This document shows, in pieces, positions 45,916 to 59,803 of a DNA stretch of 64,000 bases (positions are counted from its first letter, which is position 1; the number at the start of each line of letters is the position of its first letter). Made by a program: the position numbers and the translations under genes. The notes below the pieces were generated by a model, which did not search any database, was not told where the DNA came from, and saw nothing but the letters and a program-made list of their open reading frames with translations. This DNA is from Eukaryota sp. GEM-RC1 (lineage: Eukaryota), in contig JAUFOQ010000013.1 in NCBI GenBank assembly GCA_040285855.1, positions 744,001-808,000 on the forward strand. Reading direction: 5' to 3'.

Positions 45916-46899
45916 TGAAATGTAGACAGTACCACCAGTTCATAAACACGATCTCAAAATTCTTGTGTAGGATCTTGTACTGGCTTTTCCACGTCTTTTA
46001 CAAACTGTTGTGCTAAGTTGGTGCTTCCAGTCAGTTGCTAGAGTCTCGTAGGACAACCTCTATACAACGAGCTTCTTATTAAACATCCCAACTTTATCCG
46101 CAACAAACATCCTCTCATCGCTCTTCTTCAATAATATACAACCTTTCAACCCATGTCGTTACTGGTTTGCTCCGTTTTTTCCCTCTCCGAATCAAGATAC
46201 CCTGCTAGAGACTTAGGTAGATTGTTTGTTTTTCTAACTGTTGATGTACTGGTTCAAAAGAGCTCCCAGCTGGTGGTACTTCTAGTTTTCATTTAACTGG
46301 ACCTAGTTTTGTTAGCATAATTGAGAAGTTTGTTACTGAGTAGTGTATTTTAGAATTGATAGTGATGAAAGTAATTTTCATCACAACTGCGTGGGAGAGG
46401 TGACTAACCCGTGATCCCTCGATACTAACAACAACTATTCCACCAAGTCTCGCTGAGGACTTCTTAGGAGTGCAGAGAACTTTATAAGCAAGAAAACCCC
46501 AACTACTTAGACGATGAAGAGCCACGTCATCACTCGTCATCAACAACAGTAATAATGAGGAAAAGGAAAATGAAGCTATTTGACAAGCCATTGCCAAACA
46601 AGTTACTTTAGCAAAAGACTCTGCTGTCAAGCTCCTACATGTAGAAGTTCAGTGTGAGAACATGCTATCGATTATGCCAAATCTTATTCGAACATCAGGA
46701 AAACGTGTGTCCTCAGTTATTAGATTAGATGACGTTGTAAACGTCAGCAACTTCAAAGGACTGACAATGCACCCAATAATCATTGATAGTCTTTATAGGT
46801 ACTGTACATCCACATGAGATACGATTGTTTTAGAATCGTTTCGGGTTCTGGATGGAACCAGTATGAGATCTACAAGTCTTCTTATCTAATCAAAGAAAA

Positions 46900-47200
46900 A
46901 CTACAAAGAAATTTAGTTTAAAGAACTATTTATGTAGAATTGAAGGGAAATTCCATTTGAGGAATTTGAATTACCAATGAAATTTCCAAGAAACTTGATA
47001 CAATCAGAAGAATAATTAACAAAAGGAATAGCAACTCCAGGACAATATCATCCACACGACCAATAACAACACACTTGTTCAAATTGATTGTCAAACCAAT
47101 TTTACCAGAAAGAGCGACGAATCGTGCAAAACTTGGATTCTATATATGCATTTTGCCGACCAAAGAAAAGCTGATCAAGTTGTTGATAACTGAGAGCGAA
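46900..47200 (-). mobile_element. CRE-like RT fragment
   Basis: Nucleotide match to 30180-30430 (e.g. ACACACTTGTTCAA.TTGATTGTCAAACCAATTT). Confidence 0.75.
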
Positions 47201-47760
47201 TCTTTGGACACTTTTATTGAAAGATTCAAAGAAAAATTCAATGAGGTTCTGCTCTGAGTAGTATGGAGGTTGTTCAAAGTAGTGGACGCCGGCTTTGGGT
47301 AAAGCTTCAGAGATATTTAAGTGCATCCGGCAACCATCTAAGACGATACAACTTCTCGGTCCACCTCTTGTATATAGAAACCCTAGACAGAGAAGGGATT
47401 ACTAAAAGCCAATAAACGGTTGTCTATCAAATTGGCCTTCCTGTATAAGCGAATGAACTTAACCCTTTGCATACAAGCCGAAATCTGACTATATCTCATA
47501 GAAAAGCTTTGAACATATATAGAACTACCCTTGGGAGACCCTTTGTTCTAATGACGTCATCACTCTGAAACGATACTTCATCGATAAAGAGCAGATGTTT
47601 CTGAACAACTGGTCCTATATAAAAGAAGATTCTTCTTTCAAACTGTTCAATAAGCTCACGTTTTGCTCTATGAACAATGGCCTGCATTTTTTATCAGTGA
47701 GACTCGTACAAGTGCGCAATGAACGGCAGCTACACATACTTCCACACCTCTATTTCTTCT
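47200..47760 (-). mobile_element. Tc1/IS630-family transposase remnant
   Basis: LLFIDEVSF, LDGCRMH and QPPYYSEQNLIEFFF correspond to the D, D and PPYSP.LNPIE motifs. Confidence 0.65.
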
Positions 47761-47879
47761 TAGCAGTATAACCATTTCTAAATATAATTATAATTTTATA
47801 TTATAATTTTTTTAAATAAAGAACTGCGTTATTGTTCAGAACACCTTTAATATACATTTTCAACTGCTGATAGCTTACA

Positions 47880-48100
47880 TCTTTCATGAACATCGGAATT
47901 ATGTATTGTAGTAATTTTAATCAAACTCTTTGGCGCAATCGCATTTTGTTTTCTTTGTTTAGAAGTTTCCCACAGTATTTGAATCGTATACTGGACAAAT
48001 TGTATCGTGGTTCAAGAGGAGATGTAGATCATTTAATATCTTTAAAGTGCGAATATGCATTTCGTTAATTGTGGTTGCCTATAAATAGTCTTTATTTATG
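47880..48100 (+). mobile_element. CRE-like non-LTR 3' fragment
   Basis: FNQTLWRNRILFSLFRS...L..ILDKLY, homologous to the other RLE C-termini in the window. Confidence 0.65.
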
Positions 48101-49457
48101 TTAGAAGCTATTATCGTTGTAACAACACACAGATACTGAAAGGAGCTCTGATTTCTTGAGGTGACTATAACAGGGAGACGAAGTAGACTTCCTGTATGTA
48201 TGTAGATCTAATATTTGTAATTATACTATTTTACAACAAAGTAAAATGGAAAAATCGTATAATTTCAAGCTATGGTTGAAACATAACGATCGGTTTCTTA
48301 TCACTGTTCGATTATCATAGAGATTTAAGAGGATATGGTAACCATCAGCGTTGGCAAATAACTTGATACGTCACAACGCGCTGTGAAGTTAATATTTCGG
48401 GCGACTTTACATACTTAATTTTCTCGTAACACTGTTTTGCGTTGTTACGCACAAGGGCTATTTTGTATGTATTACTAATGACCGAAATAACTCTATTTCT
48501 ACTTATAGAACTAAATACTGTTATTCAACCAGCAGCTCCGACGCAACGCGGCATGGATCATTGAATTTCTTTCAAGGCTGTAGGGTTTTTTGTTACTATA
48601 AAAAAGTCCTAAAAAAATTGAATGATTTTTTGATGGTGAAACCACATCTTTGTAAGATTAGGTGGACGTAACCAAAATAATAACACTCTAGATTCTAGTC
48701 TTTAGATCTACCCCAGTACAATTTAGTTACTCAAAACAATTTTTGATTTAATAGTCTTTTTTAAACAAATTTACTTTTTATAGACAACAACACAACACTG
48801 TACCTACACTTGGTAAGGATGCTCGTTGTGTTCTCTCTGACTGTGAGAAAGTTGTTAAAAAAGAAATAAGAAAAACTTTGATCATAGACAATGTTTGAAT
48901 CGTACTGTCTTTACAATCTTTAAAACAATTCCTATGATAATCTCGAAAGCTCTTTTAGCTCCTAGTGTTTTCTATGAAGAAAAAGTATCTGTAAGTATGA
49001 ATGTAAATGAATGTTGCTTTAATGATTTTGAGTTCTAGTTTTTGTTCACTGTTTCTGTCCTCTAAAAGTCAGACTAATTTAACAAAGTATACGTCTTTTA
49101 ACCAATTTCAAATGGACTAATTCAAAATATCCACCTAATAAACAGTGTAATTTTATTGGTTTTGCACATGCATGTCTAAACATTTCCGAATAAAAAAGAA
49201 TTTCATTTCATAGTAGTCAGTGAGTTTGTGACGCAACGTGACGCAACTTGTGTCATTAGAACTTCCAACACTGGTAAGAACCTTGCAGTGAAAGGTGATG
49301 AGAAAAACCAATTCTATGATTGACAGAGTAACTATCCAATAACAGATAATTGGGAATCGAGACAAGTCAACCCTGACAAAGATGTTTCAAAGTCTTGAAG
49401 TGACAGAGAATCGATATGTTTGCAAAGAATTACTTTTAAAATTGACTGTTCTTCGTC

Positions 49458-51214
49458 ATGTCTCCCAAGCCAGAATCCACAACATCAAAATTTAGACATT
49501 TAGTCTCGATTGCTCCACAATTCCAAACCACTCCCACAGTATACCCTGTAGAAGTTGATACCGAATCAATTCTCGTTCATCCAGCCCCCTCTATTTCAGG
49601 AAAGGAATCTGATTCTACAACCAGAGGGTATAGACCATCCAAGTTCAAAAGAGCGTCCGTCCCTTTGTCCCGAAAGGATCTCGTCAGCTCAAAGAACGCG
49701 AATCCGCCAAATCTGAATCCAGAATTGATCAGATGTCTCTTAAAGTGCCTTGTACACAGCACATCTCTACCACAGCTAGTAATCTTCCTCATCGTGGTAT
49801 TAACCGAGTCAGACATTGTCCTCGCCAAGATCTTTATCAACATCCATACTCTAAGAACAATACTAATCAACGTCCTCTTTTTCGTACACTAAAGGTGGCC
49901 ACGGGTTTGTTGAACAAACTCTCAGAGTCTAACAAAGATAAGATCTTCGATATAATTGTCGAAATCTTTAAGAAACAACATGTTTGTACAAAGACTCTTT
50001 CAAACAATGACTTCGAACAGTTTAAGTCAGAGTTTGTAACTCTTCTATTTGAAAAGGCTGTTCTTGAACCTCCTTATGTCAACTTATACTCTCGACTTTG
50101 TTTGACGTTATCAAAACAATACCCTAACCTGACAGTTTGTTTAATTGATCAATGTCAGGATAACTTTGAGAAATTCTTCATTCAAGATAGTGGAATCTCT
50201 GATGAGATCACTGGTTTCCTTGATCAAATCAGGAAAGATGTTTTTTTCAACCACATGGAAGTCACCGAAGCTCAACTTGATGATGAACGGTGTTATAGAA
50301 AAGCCCAGTTCAAGGCAAAAGTTTTGGGCAATCTTCGCTTTGTTGCTTCTTTAATTCTTCACTCAGTTTTTCCTCCAGGAGTAGCTTCAACAATTACTAA
50401 ACAATTAGTTCAAAACTTCCAAAAACCACTGGCAATTGAAGGTCTTCTTACTCTATGGACTAAACTACTTGAATCAGCTGGAATCAATGATTATATTGAG
50501 AAAGTCGTGGCTGAACATATTCAAGGATTCTCAACTTGTAAAGACATTCCCGCTAGCGACCGTTGTCTATGTGCTAATTGGATGGAAAATTACTATAAGA
50601 AAAAAGCTCACCAGCAAGCAGTGATAACTTCTACTCACCATAAGAAGTCTGATGATGGTTTTGTTGCCGTTGCAGCTATTAGGAGAAGAAAAGCTAGACA
50701 TGTACCATATACTAAAGAACAAGTCAACAAGTTTGTTAGTAATATTGACTGTATGTCTGTTTTTGATTTTCTTCCAGAGTTTTACAAACTTCAACTGTCA
50801 GAACATGAGAAAACTGCTTTTGTTGCAGATCTTCTATTCTACTTTACTAATCAGAACAGGTCTTTGCTTCGAGACAAGTTTCAATCGGTTACTGAAGAAC
50901 TACTCAAGGATAAGGAAGGATTGACAAAGAATCAATGTGTTACTGGATTGTGTAAGTTCTGTAAAGATGGGAAGTACGATGAAGTTTTGGACGATCTTCC
51001 AAATGCTGGCGAGTTTTTGGCACCTGTATTGTCAAATTGGATTGAATCGGGAATTGTAAACAGGCCACAATTGATTGATTGTCTTGTGAATATTGACCCT
51101 TTTAATCTTTCTGGCTTAGTCGAATCGTTTGTTGATTATCGTAGAGAGAGTTATCTTGATTTTGAGTGGCTGGAAAAGAACGAAAAGGTATGTAGTATAT
51201 TATCATCCTATTGA
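49458..51214 (+). CDS. eIF4G-like protein (MIF4G domain and probable MA3 domain); one indel near the 5' end
   Basis: GLLNKLS, LFEKAVLEP.Y..LY..LC, QCQDNFE, LGNLRFV..L and DDLPNAGEFLA. ORFs 49458-49892 and 49733-51214 overlap out of frame. Confidence 0.75.
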
Positions 51215-51479
51215 TTTTTTTAAATTGTAAATATCTATGTCTCACTTATGGACTTACAACAGTTATTGTGCAAATTATTGTTGATAAATGCTAGGATGTG
51301 TGCATTAAACAATCTTTAAGGAAAAGTGGTGAGAATGACACGGGATACAGTTTACAAGTTTTCAATGCTTAAACTGTTGTCTGTTTGAATGCATGGTTAG
51401 AATCCGGTTTTGAATTGAAAGCTTTGTAAAGTAAATATTTTGCTAATTTTGTTAAAAGTATTTATTGTAAATGTTGATT

Positions 51480-52046
51480 TATTAGACTAAACAACTAAAA
51501 TGATGTTGACAAATCGTTTGGAAATAGCCGTGGTGATGTCATATTTCCTGGTCTTGATGGAGCTTTCATTATTGCTGATGTTATGTCTATCGATGTTTGT
51601 AATGATTCCAACAAGAAACTTGCTAAATCTAATGCTAAAAACCCCTTGTTGATTGGTGAAAAATATAAAATGCAAAAATAATGTGCTAAAATGAAATTAT
51701 TGAATTCGGCTTCACACTCAAATTACTTGTTGTACCCTTTTGTATTTTCACTGTACGGTTCTTTAGGCGAATCTGCAACATCATTACTTGAAATCTTTGT
51801 GAAGATTGTTAAAGAAAAAACATCTAGGACTTTTGATCTTAGATTTTGGAAAAATCGAATGGTGTTTGCCATCTTTAAAGGTATGGTGACTTCTGTATCT
51901 AGCGCTTTATTATCTCTTGGCAGACATTATGAGGATAAGATAGGTGAAAATTTCCAGCTAAGCAATCTGGACTTTGAGGGTATTGATTATTAGATGTAAG
52001 TACACTGTAATGTTGTTGTCAATAAAACTTGTTTTGTGAAAAAAAA
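51480..52046 (+). mobile_element. CRE-like non-LTR 3' fragment with poly(A)
   Basis: GNSRGDVIFP...DVMSIDVC and PFVFSLYG...FWKNRMVF, followed by AATAAA and an A-tract at 52039-52046. Confidence 0.8.
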
Positions 52047-53108
52047 TCTTCAATGTAGTTGTGGAAAACAATTAACGTTTTCTCTTCTGAAAAAAAACAA
52101 CTAAAATTTGATATCATTAAAACAACTATAACAACCCCCGTCGCTATCAAATCATACAACAGCTTTGTCCTCATAAAAGGAACTCACAGCTAATATAGAG
52201 AAAAACAATTTTTTTGTTGTTGTTTGTTTATTGTTTAAAAAATGATAGAGATGTGGTTTATATAAACTTTGTTGGCGAATTCAATGTGATTTGGAACTTA
52301 CATTTCCTTCATAAGAAAAAGGAAATGAAACACAACCTTGTAGTGATTTCTAGATTCGCCTTCAACTTATTGTTTCAACTAACAATTCAGAGTACATTGA
52401 CCTTTTAATCATACACCCACCCTCTAACACAGTGGAGCGGCTTTCCAGACGCACAAATATCACCTTGGATTGTCGTGGACATGCTTCGAATCCTTATACC
52501 TTAGAAAAACAATTGTCCTTGCTCTACAAACATGCATTCTCAAATGAGAAAACAATTCGCAGGGGTTACCCATCATATAATTATGCTTATGACAATTAGT
52601 GTGGTTGCAAGTACACTACGTTTTGTTTATTATTTTCACTGTTGCAACATATCGTTCATAAATATATATTTATTGTTCCAGCTCTCTTATTGTCTTTAAC
52701 TATTGTTGGTGAACAATAAATCAAAATGTATTTTTCAATACCTGTGTCAAATTTGTTTCACGAATAGTGTATATTAGAACTACCAGGTTGGTGTATTTCT
52801 CTGGTTTTTCATCATAAGTGTACCAAGTTACGAATCAGACATATTGAGACAGTTGACTGTATTTGACAATTAGTCTCAATTTCCTATTGAATCCTCGCCA
52901 ATTGCACAACTTATACGTGTGCAAATTAATTGACCAATTTAAGAGGGTTAGGAAACAAGTTTTACATTTTAAAATATTGTGAATACAAAAATACAAATCA
53001 AACGTAAATATATTGAATCAAAAAGCAACACTAAATTAAAATCCTAATTCGCATGACAACCTTGTCATTAAAAAAACTAATAAAACAAAATAAAACAACT
53101 ACTAAAAA

Positions 53109-53977
53109 CTACATCGGCCTAAACAAAGATCGAAACAAAGCTGGTGCAGTGGTGGGGAATACCTGTGGCTGAGCAGCCATGAAGTTCTCCAACTTAGGAA
53201 TCACCGTATACCTCAACCTTTTATCCTTCGAGTTCCTCTCCGCTTCACTCTTCTTCAGTTTCTCTCTCTTAGATTGACGCAGAAGAGCCTTCTTTCTTTC
53301 CACTTTAGACCCTTGGTCAGCAATGGATTCTGATAGATCTTTTAATAGTAAATGATAAAAGTCACCATCATCGTATATATCTTCTCTCTTCTTGACAACT
53401 CCTTTTCACCAAGACGACGAACCCCAGCGCGATTGATATTGGATTTAGACTCATACTTGGGAAGAGAGTGAGAGATCAGAGAAGTAACGATGGATTCAGG
53501 ATGTTGGTCTAGAGCTTTGAGGTTGGAATCAAGACTAGATATCTTTCCCTTGTTGTAGTATTTGGTTAAAGCGGAAGTTCTAATGTCTTGGTATGAGTCT
53601 ATAACAGTACTGAGTTCGTTCCAAAGAGTTTGAGACGAGGAGGAGGGTGTGATGGAGATTTTAGGTGAGTCAATGTCAGAAACTGATGATAGTTCCGTAT
53701 TGAGCTGACATAGATCATGTAATAGAGATAGACATTCATGTTCAGCATCTGTATATTCAGATTGAGCGTCTGTTAGGGAATTGAGGAAAGATTCAGACTC
53801 TGGAAGTTTGGAAACATCGTCCATGGATTTCTGAAGCTGAATGCGAAGCTCAACAAGTGAGGAAGATATGGCTTGTTGGTATTTAGCAACTTTTGATTGT
53901 TGTACTGAGCGCTCTTTGACATTTTGAAGGTTTGTAGAGGGTTTGGCGATAAAATTTAGAGGACTATCTTCATCCAT
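53109..53977 (-). CDS. AATF: AATF/Bfr2 ribosome-biogenesis protein; one indel at ~53385
   Basis: LVELRIQLQK in the N-terminal domain. The joined frame gives IYDDGDFYHLLLK and SKDKRLRYTVIPKLENFMA (TRAUB-type motif). Confidence 0.85.
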
Positions 53978-56900
53978 GATAATTGTTTTGTGAAGAGGAA
54001 TTTGTCAAACAAAATGCAGATTTTTTCGAATTCTTGATCTGTTACTTAGAATAAAGCCCTGCAGAAAGTAACAACAAAGAAATTGCCTAAAGTGATCCTA
54101 CATCGTCGGCGGACAAATGTTGGTTAAAAAAGCCTTTTTATTGCAATGAGATCCAATCAGTGTTGATTGTATAGGCGGAAATGACTACAACAACAGACCT
54201 AAAAAGTAGTGTTAAATTGATTAACGAATGTTAATGCAATTTAGTTGACTTTGAAACAATAATAAATGACAAGGAAAATGACTATTTAACGATTAAAGAA
54301 AGGAGAAATGTCCAGATTCAAAACAGTCAAGAATACTAGAACAATGTATCAGGAAAAACATCATAACTACAAATGGGTTTCAAACTAAAGACAATTTACT
54401 TTAAGTAATCGAAACGGAACATGTCATATTCAACATGACCAATAATTTGACTCATACAACCAATTTAGACAAAAAGTTGACAATAACAGGATAATGTACA
54501 AAAGGCAAAGAGACATATCTTACCCAGAGAAAGCAACGTTTCCACTATTACACTGGGAAAACCTATTCCGTGGAGTACATGTCGTCTCATGATCAGAAGT
54601 GCGGGTAACAGAAATTTCCCCGTCTCCAACATTATATCGAACAGTGGCTGATCTACTCTGAAAAGCAGAATATGCGTAAGATCCTGGAGTAACCCTTGAA
54701 TACGCACTTGGATGTATTTCCCAATAACCTGTAATGAATGGAGAATAACGGCAAACCTCCAGATAGAGAAGCTCCGCTAAAACTCATTACGCGATTGCTT
54801 CCATTGCGAATTGATAGATAAGTAATGCAGAAGCTACACTGAAAGACCAGCAGTAAAATAATGGCAGATTTGTTTAGGGACATTGACACAAAAGAATCTC
54901 ATCTACTTATACTTATTCACAGGGTTTGGCTACAACAGATAGTGACTCTTCCGCGTCTCCTCTTTCGTGCTTGTGTCTTTTTTGATACCATTTGTGTCGT
55001 TCTTAAGTGAAACCCTTATATTCTCAAAAAGAAGTATTTTTCTTCTAACTTTGGGCGGTAAGCAAGGTTGTTTTCGATCATATCAATGTTAACAGAGTGT
55101 ATATCAATTCTTTACTACTTCTTTAAAGTACTTTAGATAGCTTTCTTATTCCAAGCTTCCACGTGACAGTTCAACACATAATGTTTCCTTGTTCATGTCG
55201 GACACTTTATTGATTGGTTCTTTCACGTGATGTTAGACTCTTCATCAGTTCTAAGTATCCGTCTTTGTTTCGCTAGCATTAATTCTGTTTTTTCTGCTAC
55301 ATTATCCAAAAAAACCACTCAACTTTTTAAAAAAAAGTTTCAATTTCCTTTCAAACCAAGTAACAATAGAGCTTGACCTTCATCTCTTCTTTGTAAGCTG
55401 TCTATATCCTCGCAGCTTACTCTTTCCCCATTACTATACACACTCTATCTCTTGGATCTTACTCTCTTTTTGTGTCTTCTTTTTTTTCTCCTTTCTAATA
55501 TTATTCGTTTGGATCTATCTAGTAGCGAAAGAAATTTTCTCTACTTTGCATCTATGATTTTCATTCATGTCGGATGTGATTTCCCTTGACACCAATAATT
55601 TATCATGATGTCTATTATCTAAACTAAAGCTGTGTCTTTCAGGATGGTTGATAAACTTGAAACCTTAAGAATTACCATCACGTCATCATGTTAATGGGAA
55701 ACCTTCTAACTATACTCAAGGACTATCAACGTTGCTTCTCATCACTTTTTTTAACACTTATAAATGTTTTAATATTTGTATAGAGGATTCAAGAAGTCAT
55801 GATCCACTTTGATCATGTTAATGGCATGCTTCCTATGTCCATTCTCAATGGTCAGGGAATAAACTCATTTAGTCAGAAGATGGCTAAGAGAGATCACTTA
55901 GTGATGGTTTTAAAGAAGAAGCCAAGTAACAATAGGACCTGATCGTCCTTGTTGGATTGCGAAATAGTTCACATACTGTGAAACCCTTCAGTCAAATTCA
56001 ATTCTTCGGTTCAAAGATGTTTTGTTAGTTCTTGAAATGTTTCGTATCTGTCATGCAGATTTTTAAGCAATCTTATTTCATCATCTTGATGGTCATTTAC
56101 TTCATCATTTCAGAGCTGAAAACATTCTTTCTTTTTGATCAAAAAAACTCAGAACAATAGTGTAATAGATTTCTATGGGTGGAAATACATTTTCAATATG
56201 AGATCACCAAAAATGAATGTGTTTCTGCAAAAATATATAAATTTTTAAGAGGCCGTGCAAATCCACCATTTGATGAAAAAGTTCAGAATAAATTGATTGA
56301 ATCTTCAGCCAATAGGCTCGCCCAGCTTGTCCACGTGGTCTCGGGAGCATTGACGGTGGGATTCTGTTGCTGTAAAAACTCTATCGTTACTGCCCTAACT
56401 TCTTCCTTGTCTGTTGTTTTTAGAAATTGATTGTGTTCTTTGGAAGTAACATTGTCTACAGCTGAAAACGTAGAAACTTTTCTGTTTGTAGGACGAGAAG
56501 ATGGCCAGTTGTTTATCCACTTTTGATAGTAATCCTGTCAACCCTTTCAAAATGCCATCCTCCACCATATGAGAAATTGTACTGGTAATCTGCTGGAGGG
56601 TTAGTTTCCTCTCCACATCGGATCAACTCGTGAGTTGTCTATACAACTTAGAGTAAATGGAATTTAGACTAAATATTTAAATTCTTGTCGATACGTGATG
56701 TCATGCTTCTATACAACGGAAAAATACTAGTTGATAGTTATTTTAAATGAGAGCCAGCTGCAAATTTGACAATTTGATCACCGCACAGGTGTGGTTTACA
56801 ACACATATTAGCCAATGCAAACAGGCTTTACCGTATCAAGTTTTGATAACAACTATTTAGTCTGACTCTTTATATTATTGATTGGTTGCTTAGGATACCG

Positions 56901-57364
56901 AACCATCATTTTTGATAACTGAAGTCCATGTTTTAAGAGATTCATGATATAGACAATAGAAGATCATGTTTATTGTCATGCGCACTATCTAATGCAGAGA
57001 GACAGGAAGATGCTCTCCCCAGATTATAAGCATTACTGGTAGTTTTGATAAAGCAGGGTATAAATGAAATTCCCGAATTTTCGCTGACTGATATTTCTTT
57101 AATATTCCCTAGACTTTATCATGTCTTATATTTTTGTAATTTCCACTTATAAATTTGATGTTTCTTGAGTTATACATGACAAATCTGTCAAAAAATTGGC
57201 TGGCTGTATAACGGAATAAAACAGCAAAATCTTTGGGAATGTATTTGACTAGCTCAAAGAAAACTACATGTAATATGTTGATCGAACAGTTTTGATGTAC
57301 TTCCTCATGATCTTCCAATTTAGAGATTACCGGTACAACCATTGTCAATTACAGTGGAAAATAC

Positions 57365-58230
57365 TAGGACTGTGCAGGTTCGGGTTTAAGTTTGAAACCA
57401 AACCTTTTTTTACTAAACCAAACCAAACCTAAACCTTATTTAATAAAACCAAACCAAACCTAAACCTTTAGCTTCAGAACTGTAGGAAAATGAAACACAT
57501 TTAATTTCAATAACCCTCTGACTCTTACATTATATATGAACGATCTTGACGCTTCTATTGACGAGAACTCTTCTGAAATTGAAGTTATGAGTGAAGACAC
57601 AGCATCTCCTGTTACCTCGCCCCGTGAGTCACCTTTTACTCTCAAAAAAGTGTAGAGTTGAAGGCGTTCAAAGAAGCGAAAAGGAGTTGATGGTCTATTT
57701 GGGTGAAAGTATTTTGCCTTAAAATCTAAAGATCCACTCACATATTGGTACGCAAATTCCAACCGTTATCCTAATTTGGCCGGCTTGGCCAAAGATTTTC
57801 TCGGTATCCAAACAACTTTTGTTTGTCGCTAACAGGTTTTTTTCTTCTGCTGGACGCACAGTTACAGAATATAGAGCTTCTCTGACTGATGAAAGTATCC
57901 AAGCACTTGTCAGTCTTAAGGATTGGAGACGATTTTTTGAAAAGAAAAGTAGCACCACTAGTAGTTGTTTGTGATACTTGAGCATTAATAACAAAGCTTA
58001 TCTAGTACATGTACTACCATAAGAACAACTTTATTTTGACAGTGTTCCACTAAACCACAGTGTATTTTCAATTCATAATACATATCGGGTTTACTAGGTT
58101 TGAACCTAAACCTAAAACTTAAAAACCTAGCTGAACCTAAACCCATTTTTGGAAAACCAAACCAAACCTAAACCAGGTTTGGGGTTTGGAACTTTTTGAA
58201 ACCCAAACCTGGACAGGTTAGACTAACCTA
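57365..58230 (+). mobile_element. Internally deleted hAT element with AAACC subterminal repeats
   Basis: Left TIR TAGGACTGTGCAGGTTCGGG. Right end CCCAAACCTGGACAG[GTTAGACTAA]CCTA. Dimerisation-domain remnant 57730-57940 (DPLTYW...RYPNLA.LAKDFL...FSSAG.TVTE.RASL.DE). No matching TSD. Confidence 0.8.
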
Positions 58231-58703
58231 GACTAAATCCAACCGACTTCATCCATATCCGGTAAAAGATTACATTAGCCTTCACACTAAACTTTCCCAG
58301 TTTCTCAACTAATCGAGAGAAATAGAACGTCGTGTTCCGATATATTCAAAACAAAATACGGTTTTCTATATTAACTACATTGTAGTACATCTACTGACAA
58401 GGCCGAGTGTAATCCAAAACTGAAGAAATATTTGGAATGGTGTACTATTGCAGTCCTTGCAGGCGGTTAGGAATATTAAAATTCTGGTACTCAAAAACAT
58501 TGAAGCCGCAGACATTTGAAAATTCTTATCATGAACGCTTCAATGATTTCATATATCATTTTAATGCAATTCCGTATCCTTAAAATAACTAAATGCTTTT
58601 TTTCTATTAAGTGGATTCCACATCATTGGTCGGAGTTTTTCTAAAATGAATGACAAGAATTTTATCAATGCATCCCAAGCCTTTGCAATATATTGGACCA
58701 GAG

Positions 58704-59803
58704 CAATGTGCGCAAATCTTTGGTACGTACCGATATATATTTTTTCCGTACCGATGTTATTTGATTTGTTTTTCCTTGTCCTTCAACATACCTTCTTTCA
58801 CTTTTCCATAATGCCTTCGCTGAAGGCTGTTACACGGTTTCAATCTAAGGATCCTCCTAATGAATGATGTGTGCAAAAAAAGGTGTAACAAGTTTGTTAC
58901 AAAGGAAATCCTACCTTTAGACATTGCTGAAAATAACAAGCAAAGAAAGTATGCTGATTCATTGAAAGACCTGAAACACATTGTCCATGCTGAAAATTCA
59001 CTTGTCCCATTTGCGATTTCCATATATGGTAGATTAGGCAAACTGGCCTTGAAGTTCCTTGATGAATTTGCAAAGGTTGTAGCTCGTAGAACTAACAAAA
59101 TATTTGATCGTTCTTTTGGCAGAACCGAATTGTCCTTACGATTCTAAAGGCAGTTCCAACAATGATTTCAAAAGCTTTGTTATCCCTAAGTGTGTTTTAT
59201 GAAGACAAATCTTCAACAAGGTTCGATTCGAAGGAATCTTGTTTTGATGACATTGAGTATTAGATCATCTTTTTTATTTTCGAATAAAAGTGTTTTCCTA
59301 AAAAAATGTCATTTGATTTTATAAAAGCCCTGTTTACGAGTGATCTAAATGTATTTTCAAATACCATTTTTGGACTGGAGAATCATTGCGTCGTTAAACA
59401 CTGTACCATTAAAATTAGCTTCTGGATCTTCTAATCGTCTAGATATACACTCTTTGGGTTTTTGGGCCCTTCATAATTGTTTTATTTCGTATCAGTCACT
59501 CGTTAGAGCATTGTGAGTCGAAGACGCTACTATTGTTGATTTCATGATATTCTTCGTATATACCATTGTCGTTTTGGGACAGTTGTGGTCAGCAAATGAT
59601 GTACCCTAAATTTGAATAAGTGTGACAATCGTGATCTTGATATCCTGAGCTATGTTTAACGGTAGAATGTATGACGATGGTAACTGTTTAAATCTCACAT
59701 TTATCATGTTCACAATAGTAATAATTCAGTTGGTCAAAACACAGTACCGGTACATGTACCGTACGCCTAAAATCGCCGCGATACGGAACATTTGCGTTCC
59801 ATG
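58704..59803 (+). mobile_element. Duplicated hAT MITE with nested LINE fragment
   Basis: Copy of 8452-9542 with the same flanks. Confidence 0.8.

Noticed and set aside
54400..57350. Short ORFs and possible transposase debris
   Set aside because: Too degraded to assign by eye; no motif set or termini I can support.
57380..58210. Telomeric repeats (AAACC/TAAACC runs)
   Set aside because: Irregular, present in both orientations and confined to the ends of a hAT element, so they are subterminal repeats.
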